A stretch of 62,927 nt of DNA from Ancylonema sp. (lineage: Eukaryota): NCBI GenBank assembly GCA_050230475.1, contig JBFLGF010000172.1, positions 1-62,927 on the forward strand. The letters are read 5' to 3'. The notes below the pieces were generated by a model. The model was not told the origin of the DNA. It did not search any database and worked only from the letters and a program-made list of their open reading frames with translations. A program made the position numbers and the translations under genes. Below, in pieces: positions 54,431 to 62,927 of this stretch (position 1 is its first letter; each line of letters starts with the position of its first letter).

Positions 54431-55574
54431 GCAATATTCACAGAATTGCAATGGATTCAGATGACATAAGATTGTTGGAAGGGATTTCTTAACAGCGCAA
54501 TCTGGCAGCGGAAGCTGGCATATCTGAAAGTACAATTTGTCTTTTATCCAAAATTTGTTGCGCGGTGCTAACCGGCATAGTTAACTAGAGTTATTCTATC
54601 GAAGATCACGACAGGCTGGCTTCTAGAACTTTCAAATCAATCTCGACGCTATGATGAAAGCGGCGCGAAATATTGCTCTAGTTCTACGACTAAATTTAAT
54701 CGCCGGGATTATTGACAAGTCGAAAGTGACTTGTGATTTAAACAAAATCGACACGCAGTTATTTGTTAAAGACTGTAATATCATATATACCAATTGGTTT
54801 ACGCGGTCTACTAAGGACAACAATGTGGTGATTATGTGATTTTTTTATCTACTAATATGGTGATGTGGTAGTGGTGGTGGAAAATTATACTTCGATTTTT
54901 TTTGTCGGAATCAGATTGAAAATTTGTACTTTTGTTTTAGGATATTAATATACACATTGGAATGATGTAGATTTAAGTAAAATTGGTGGGGGGGAAATAA
55001 GTTTGGTTGTTGTTGTCTTGACGATAGAGTGTTTTTTTTATTGAGACAAGGTAATGGTTAGCACGTCAATATATCGGCCATTACACGAACTTGGGGCGAA
55101 TTTTCAAGAACTATGTTATGGTGGCGGGATCTTGGGCTACTATATCGCTTTGTGCTACTACATACCATTTATTATGTATAGTCACATATCTAATGTGCGA
55201 TACTAAAAAACTTTACTATTCTAAAACTCTACTTACTTTATTGTACTTTACTTTACTTTACTTTACTTGTTTTAAAATTACATTACTTTACTAAAATACT
55301 GTACTTTACTATGTCTTTACTTCACTTTACTTTAGCACGTGTAAAAACATGCGGTTGCATGTTCTGCGCGCATAGGCCGGCGATACCATGCCCTGGAAGG
55401 GTCGAGTAGGTGGAAAGGTAACGGTTTCTCTAAGAACTATCCCGTTATTGTCCCCTTATTTCTTCATACATTTTGTTATACGACGTATAGTACGAGTAGA
55501 ATACGATTTTTTGTTTTTGTAGTAACTTTCCAATGGGATGTACCAACTCCTTTTTTTAAGGGTGTCCACTTAAT

Positions 55575-55645
55575 GTTGGTTTAGTACTCAGATGGGGTTC
55601 CCATCGTGCTTGATATAATGCATGTTTTTCTTGCAAAACAAAAAT
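55575..55645 (+). mobile_element. 3'-tail remnant of the CRE-like LINE family
   Basis: gtactcagatggggttcccatcgtg is identical to 17077-17101 and is followed by an A-rich tail. Confidence 0.6.
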
Positions 55646-55676
55646 CAGCCTTTTTGGGGCTACCATATCGAGGGTA

Positions 55677-56566
55677 CCGTACAAGCAAACTTTGATACCC
55701 CACCGCTTTTCCCAAACAATATCTTTAATCACGCCCCACTCCCCCACCCCAACCAAACTAATCACTTATCGTTACCCCACGGCCTTACCCCAATCCACTT
55801 TTGTAGCAATCAATTAATTTAACCCAGCAATTTAATAGCCCAACCCGGCAATGGATGTTTATCTAATTCTATACCGTAAATGGACACTATAATAGCCCCT
55901 GTATCTACTAAAGCATGTATTAGGTGACGAACGCAAATCGAGAGCTGAAGTGCGCCAACAATCGTGACCCCGGCGAAAATTCCGATTTTATAGTGTTTGC
56001 CGCCGCTATTACCCCGGCTGGAAGTATTTTAAGATAGTACCCCGCAAGTCCCAGACAATCACACCGTTTGCAAAAGTTGCGCACGCGTGCGGCAGGCGTG
56101 CCGCACCGGGAAAATTTCATTAATCGAATTTCGGACGTCAACATTTAAGTAGTGAGCACTAACCATTTTGCACTGTATGGAGTTCGATGTAACGTCTGAG
56201 GCCCTAAATTGTACACTGTAACGTTGTAACCGGTCCACCAATTACATTTCATGATTTTGGAAACATCCCGCACCCCAAGGGGTGTAGGTAGTTACCCCTC
56301 CCCCCCCCCCGGTAATAATATAATTTTAACGCCTCAAGGCGCGCGATATTTGCGCACGCGTGCGCGAGAGCACGCTTGCGACACACGTGCGGGACACGCA
56401 CGCCAAAGACCCAACTATTCAACAAATTAGTTTTTGGGTTTTTTTGGGTTTTTGACGTGCCCCGAACCTACTTAATACCCCGACATCGATAATATTGGAG
56501 TAATTTACTTGCCCCACCCCTGCCACGAATAATTAATTAGTGGGATATTAAAGTTGGCCACTACGG
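55677..56566 (+). mobile_element. Tc1/mariner (pogo-like) MITE, ~890 bp
   Basis: TA-CCGTA...aactttRataYcccac imperfect TIRs ...TACGG-TA. Confidence 0.7.
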
Positions 56567-57149
56567 TACTTTTATTTATATATGTGTCTTCCTCCAGTGC
56601 CCTCATTACGCCTCTATTTTCTATGCGGTAAAGTGTTGTGGGGAGCTATTCTTCCAAGCTCCAGTTTTAAGCTGCGCCACGTCTCGTGGGTCTACGGATC
56701 GCACGCGTGGTGATTATCCGTTGGTCTCCGCATTCAAATCACCGTGCCCGGGAGGCAGCCACACGATATTTTCTAAGTGTCGCATATCTTGTGTATTCTT
56801 GTATTTCAAGTACGTAGCCCTTTGTACACGCTACATTTTGTGCCCAAGTGGGCGTTAGGGGTCGCCGTATTACTTCCGCAAAGTCAATTCGTTTTTAGCT
56901 GATTTTTGCCTACTTTGAGACCCTACGGCAATGCCCAGAGGGCGAAGGACCCATGGGTCCCTACCCGAGCTTTCAGCTAGTGGTAGGCTTTTGATTTACT
57001 ACCCAAACAAATTGTGGAAAGTAATATACGAGCGCCGCATGCTTGGCACGTCAAATGTCGTAACATGTGTTCCGGACCCTGCATTGAGTGGGGGAGGCTC
57101 CGCACATGCTTCCCCAACCCTTGCCCGCCTCCCCCCTCCGTCTTCGTGG

Positions 57150-59294
57150 TCCTGAGCCCTCGACACTACACTTTGCGATCCTGCTGCCACAGGATTGCGC
57201 AGCCCCGCCTATATCAGAAGATCCCATATACAATCCGGGTGCTCCCGCTTCGTCGCTTGGGGGATGACCCTCAGGATGTTGTTGCGTGGAAGGATTTTTT
57301 TATGTTGCCTTTTGGTAACTCCCCCTTCCACATCACGGGGATCAAGCCAGCAATAGGGAAACGAGGCGGCGTATTACTCGATATCTTGGGGGGGATTGGG
57401 AATCGGTGCATCATAAGCATATTGCTCGGTGTACCCCACCCCCCAATGAGAGAGACAGTAGCGGGGGGGCGGGGCGGGGCACGGGGGGGATAGTGGGAGG
57501 AGGGAGGTGAGAAGAAGTAGGGGCGTGGGAGGGACAATTGGGAAGGTGGAGGGGGTGGGGGGGACCTTAAACGTGCGCTTATGTTGGGAAAATGAGGTGA
57601 GCTCTCTCTGTGAGCTCGGGCCCTAGTATCCCAACCTCTAACGCGTGGCTCAGAAGAGACTGTGGCAAAGCTGCGTGAATTACACCCCTCTCCTCCACTT
57701 GCTCTCCAAAGTTTTGTTGGGGATTTCACGCCTCTAGAGGACTTAACTCTCGAGAAGGATTCATTTGTTGTGGCGTTGCGAGCGGCCCCAAGCCATGCTC
57801 TTGCACGTTTGTTCGGACTGATATTTGAACATTTTTGTGATGTTCTCGATCCGGATGACCCTCCTAGTGGTTTTGACCTCTTATCCCAAGTGGCCACTCA
57901 TATTGTGTGGGGTCACATTCCAGCGTCAATTTATAATCTATTGGGGGCGTCTCGGCTGGTGGCATTGGATAAGAGTGGCGGGGCGGTACGTCCCCTTGCT
58001 GTGGGGGAGGGGTTTTATCGTTGATCAGCCGTAAGATATGCTTTTTGATCCGGGAGACGCTTCACGACCATTTCGAATAGTAGTACGGCTTTGCCTTTAA
58101 GGGGGGGTGTGAGATATTAATATGAGGGGTGCGACTGCTTCTAGAAGCGCGTCCATTTTGGGGTGTCATAGAGGTGAACGTGAAGAACGTATTGAACACC
58201 ATCAATCGCCAAGCGTTCTTTGAACAACTTTGTGATTCGGGGGGAAGATTGAGCGGTTTGTTCCCTTTTGTGCGAGCTTTGTATCGGGGGTCTTCCCCCC
58301 TTTTATTCCGTGCCACTAATGTGGCGGGGGGGGGAAGAGTTAGTAAAGTTGGCGTCTTCGACCGGGACTCGTCAGGGGGATCCCCGTGGGAGGTTATTGT
58401 TCGCCTTCGGCCACCAGCAGGCTCTTCGATCCACCGTAGCGGCATTTCCGGACTGCGCCTTCCTGAATCGAAGATGATTGTCATATCGTCGGGATCCCTC
58501 CCCGTGTGGTGGAGGATTTCAAGTTTTTTGTCGAGGAGCTCGCCAAACTTGGCCTTTCTGTGCCGCCGTCCAAGTGTGTGGCGTGGTCACCATCTCGTTA
58601 GGGGGTGTTTCCGGTTCTTTCGGCGGGGTGATCTTATGCTACGGATGGCATTCGTGTGTTGGGGGCGCCTTTTGGGACGGAAGAGTTTGTTCCTGGCTTC
58701 CAGGCAGCTTCATTGGACCAAGATACGCGGGGTATTCAACAACTGTGCCCCTTGAGGATCCGAAGGTGGCCTTCCGCCTACTCACGCAATTGTTTGCTGC
58801 TCGGCCATCGTATTCGCTCCATACTTGCCACCCCTACCACTTCCTTCTTCGATCGGCTCGGGGAGTACAATGCCAAGTTGTGGAGGGTTTTGGAGGCAAA
58901 TCTATTGGGTGGGGTAGTTGGCTGCACTTTGGACCATATTGGTTTGTCGTGTGACCCAACATGTTTTCCGATCGCCCGGGGGGGCGTGGGTTTGATTCGT
59001 ACTCGGGTTTTTGCCCCGGTTGCTTTTATTGGCTCCTATGTTTTAGCCGCGCCTGCACTCGCATCAGCTTTCCAACAACACGTTTTATCATTCGGCCCAT
59101 TTTTCGGCACTGTGGATGTAACGGATGGGGCGTTTACCCTAGCGGTTGCGGTAATTAATCAGGCTTCCGCGGATATAAGTATTAGTTGCTAGGCATTAAT
59201 TACCTTTCCACGCTTGGTATAGCGGAGACTCGGTTATATCGAGGGTAGGTTTTCAGCCCAGTATTTAAATTCGCCGCGCAAGTTCCGCGCGGGT
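57150..59294 (+). pseudogene. CRE-clade-like non-LTR retrotransposon reverse transcriptase, decayed and 3'-truncated
   Basis: ASRLVALDKSGGAVRPLAVGE, YGFAFKGGCE, NVKNVLNTINR, STGTRQGDP, VLGAPFG, IARGGVGL; several stops and frameshifts. Left boundary approximate. Confidence 0.82.
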
Positions 59295-61160
59295 TGTATT
59301 ATCTAATACTATTGAATATATGAAGAAAACGGCATGTTAGTATGGGCGGCCTTGCACGGGGGCACCGTGCCGGCCAGAGCTCTGTGATTGGCCAGGCCGT
59401 GCCAAGATGCGTGGGTGCGCAGCGTGTCCGCGTGGACAACATATTCGCACCCATAGCTATCCGGATAGTTGTTCGGTAGTAAGGCGTATGCTCTAAGGGC
59501 ACCGTGCCGACCAGAACTGTGTGATTGGCCAGGCCACGCCAAGGCCATGGTGACACGGCGTGCACCCTGATTGGCAATAGGATATTCTTAATCCTATGTG
59601 GTAAGATCAGGCTACTACCTGAACCACTAAACGTGCACGAGGTCATTCCACGTCTTTACAAGCGGATCATCGTAATGCCACTGACCTGTACAACGGGCTG
59701 CTAAAATAGTGAGTATCATATATGCTGATCATACAACTCAGTTTCAGGATCGGTTTCGATGTCTGGTTTCAAACTCAATACCCGCACTACCTATTATCAC
59801 GCTTCTACTACGTTGATTACGGGCAAGTAAGACCCCCTACCCATACATTGGTATCAGTCGCCTTCTCGTGACGATCGATGGTTGCCCAATTACGTTTCAA
59901 TTGGGCACTTTATAAGCATCATATCAGTCCTGGGGGATGTCATTTCTTTGCTCAAGGCCATGTTGGTGAACGGCGATGACAACAATGCCACTTCGCACCC
60001 TATTTTTTCGGCGCAAACAGCCCTCGACGACGTTGCGGCTGGCTCATTAGTACCCCGACAGGGCTACGAGTTTGCCCCTGCAAACCTAGTCGTAGACAAC
60101 GCTCCCGCCAAATTGCCCAATCAGGAGACCTGGTCAACGGTCAACCCGCCCCGAAAAGTGCCCTGGTGGTGGACACATTGACTGCTCCAAACATGTTGGC
60201 GAACATTTTTTCCAAAGCACCGCCGACTATTATTCAACAACGAGCAAATAACATCCGCTTGCTCGACGAGGCACACGCACGTGTCAAAGTTGCAGAACGC
60301 GTCGCCTAGATGGCACGTGGCAAGGAGCGCGCGGTCCTCAACGCCGCCTAGCTCCGTGCATGCCAATACGGTTACGAGAGCCTAGCCCGACCCGTAAATC
60401 CGAGAGCACATGCTCGGGTTCATTAAAAAATCGACGCCCGCGCTCCCGCCACTGTGTTACAAAATCGGGCGCCTTGAACGGCGTTCTTTATTGAATGCCA
60501 TTGTAGTTCCGTACGTTTCCGCCCGGGGCTGGCAAGTGGTTGTTGTAATTAGCGTCCCCGCTACCTTACCCATGGTGCTGCATGGAGGGTTGAACTTGCG
60601 TCCGACAACCCCCTAGCGCTGCCCATAGCCGCAATTCCTCCCCCTGCCACCCGCTGCCAACTTCGGATGAGGACATCCGGGCGGCCTTGATGGGCAATCT
60701 ATCCGCGGGGGGGGAGAAGATATATAAGGATTTAATATAAAAGAGTATGTAAAAGAAGACCGTGGATTATTGGCGCCCGGACGGAAAATTGACCTTTTGG
60801 AATTGGTTCTCCATACACAAAACCTTGTTTGCGGCCGTCGATCTCGCGGAGAATCGCGGGGTATGAGTCCTTGTTATGCAGCTTGGCGAGACGGCCGCTT
60901 TGTGTTTGAGGGGGTTTGAGGCGGCAGTTTGCGGGCGGGGGAGAATCCCTACTCGTACGAGGCCTTTAAGTCTTGCATGATGCAAACATACGGCAATGAA
61001 GATGCCAAGGAAAAAGCGTACACTGGTTATGATTATTTGAGGTATCGACGTTTCCCTTCCGCGTTGGCAATGGTGGGCCGTATGAGAACGGATTGTGCGG
61101 ATACGGACCCGATATGGTTCCAACCGAATCTCAACAAATCCGATACTTCTTGAAAGCGCT
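59295..61160 (+). mobile_element. LTR retrotransposon 5' half (LTR, PBS, decayed gag)
   Basis: TG..CA LTR 59295-59847 (left edge inferred); PBS TGGTATCA at 59849; gag-like PYSYEAFKSCMMQTYG; internal 47-bp duplication at 59359 and 59497. Confidence 0.7.
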
Positions 61161-62927
61161 CAAGTCGTGTCATCCGGTAAATGGTTTGCAGTTCATTACA
61201 TTGTTTGTAAAATCACAACCAGAGGAATCGGAGTCAAAACCACCAATGAGTGGCGCGAGCAAGGATCATTTTCCGGCACCACCCGGCCCAGTCACCAAAG
61301 CCTCGATCTCCGGATCGAGCGCCTTCAAGAAGTGTCGGATTTGTTGAGTTTTGGTTGGAACCATTTTCGGGTCCATCTCCGCACAATCCGCTCTTATACG
61401 GGCCATTATTGCCAACGCGGAAGGGAAACCTCGATAGGTCAAATAATGATAACTATTGTACGATTTATCTTCGGCATCTTCGGTGCCGTATGTTTGCATC
61501 ATTCAAGATTTAAAGGCCTCGTACGAGTAGGGATTCTCCCCCGCCCGCAGACTGCCGCCTCAAACCCCCTAAAACACAAAGCGGTTGTCTCATCAAGATG
61601 CATAGTAAAAAGTCGTACCCCGCGATTCTCCGCGAGATCAACGGCCTCAAACAAGGTTTTGTGTACGGCGAACCCCTTCCAAAAGGTCAATTTTCCGTCC
61701 TGGCGCCAATAATTCAAGGTTGTTCTATTGAATTAAATCCTTGTATGTCTTCTACCCCCCCGCGGACAGATTGCCCATCAAAGCCGCCTTCGCAGGTCGC
61801 ACGATGTCCTCATCTGAGGTTGGCAGCGCTAGGCGGGTGGTAGGGGGAGGAACTGCGACTGCGGGCAACGCTACGGGGTTGTCAGACGCGGGTGCAGCAC
61901 CTGTAGGCAGCGCCAAAAATTGGGTAGCGGGGACGCCGGTTAGAGCAACTACTTGTCCGCCCCGAGCGGGGAAGTACGGAACTAGACAGGCGTTCAATAG
62001 AGAACGCTTATTCCCGGATTCTGTAACACACTGGCAAGAGCGTGAGCCCAAGCATGAGCTCTCGGATTCACAGGTTGGGCTGGGTTCTCATAACCGAACT
62101 GGCTGGCACGGAGTTGGGCGCCGTTTAGCATTGCGTGCTCGTTGCCACGTGCCATCTTGGCGACGCGTTCTACAACTTTGACACGTGCCTGTGCCCCGTC
62201 GAGCAAGCGGATGTTGTCTGCTCGTTCTTGAATAATTGTTGACGGTCCGTTGGCGAAAATGTTCGCCAATATGTTTGCACCAGTTTATGCGTCAACGGGC
62301 AGGGCACTTTTCGGGGCGGGTTGACCGTTGACCAGGAATCTTGACAGGGCAATTTTGGCGGGAGCGTTTTTTGCGACCATGTTTGCAAGGGCACACTTGT
62401 TGTCCTATCGGGGTATTAATGAGCCCGAGAACCAGCCGCAACGTCGTCTAGAGCTACTCGCACCGAAAAAATAGGCTGCGAATTGGCATTGTTGCCGTTG
62501 TCGTTCACCAACATTGTCTTGAGCAAAGAAATGACGTCCCCTAGGACTTATATAATGTTCATAAACTGCCCAATCGAAACGTAATTGGGCAACGAGCGAT
62601 CGTCACCAGAAGGCGACTGATACCAATGAAAGGGTAGGGGGTCTTCCTTGCCCGTAATCAACGTAGTAAAAGCGTGATAATAGGTAGTGCGGATAATGAG
62701 CCCGAAATTAGACATCGAAACCGATACTGAAATTAAGTTCTATCATCAGTATATATATTAATCACTACTTCAGTTAACCGTTGTACAGGTTAGTGACATT
62801 ACGAGGATCTGCCTATAAGGACGTGGAATGTCCTCGTGCATGTTTAGTGGTTCACGTAGTGACCTGAACTTACCACATAAGATAAAGGATATCCTATTGC
62901 CAATCAAAGTGCACGCCTTGTGCACCA
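61161..62927 (-). mobile_element. Second, inverted copy of the same LTR family (runs off the window)
   Basis: PBS at 62618-62625 (minus), LTR from 62627; reverse-complement colinear with ~59545-61160. Confidence 0.75.

Noticed and set aside
51247..56566. Single 5.3-kb TIR element
   Set aside because: Better explained as separate copies of one MITE family: 55677-56566 is complete, and 51247-51450 is an inverted partial copy with internal homology.

Overview
Eukaryotic, intron-rich DNA; the protein sequences suggest a green plant-lineage host, probably a streptophyte alga (inference). It has five host genes. Two divergently oriented ribonucleotide reductase large-subunit (RNR1) paralogs lie about 24.7 kb apart: copy A (minus, cut by the window edge) and copy B (plus, complete, 17 exons). 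The other three are a peroxisomal 2,4-dienoyl-CoA reductase ending in SKL, an IFI44-like P-loop GTPase and an INCENP. The rest is mostly decayed and nested transposons. Main points: (1) The RNR paralogs are almost identical over exons 1-4 but diverge at the exon encoding the allosteric specificity site, where copy A carries a natural equivalent of yeast Q288A plus loop-1 changes. (2) A 10.3-kb DNA transposon with CCTG8A termini and an 8-bp TSD encodes a P-element-like DDE transposase, two tandem ZF-HD-like fingers (a domain known from plant transcription factors), C2H2 fingers and a Ulp1-like protease. (3) That element has four introns that appear to come from tandem duplication of its own coding DNA. 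(4) Other features include four-level TE nesting, a stack of three MITEs upstream of RNR copy B, and a roughly 3.4-kb inverted pair of LTR retroelements. Three apparent non-AG splice acceptors may be base-calling errors. Two single-N scaffold joins are present (37901, 49318). All calls come from reading the sequence by eye; no searches were run.
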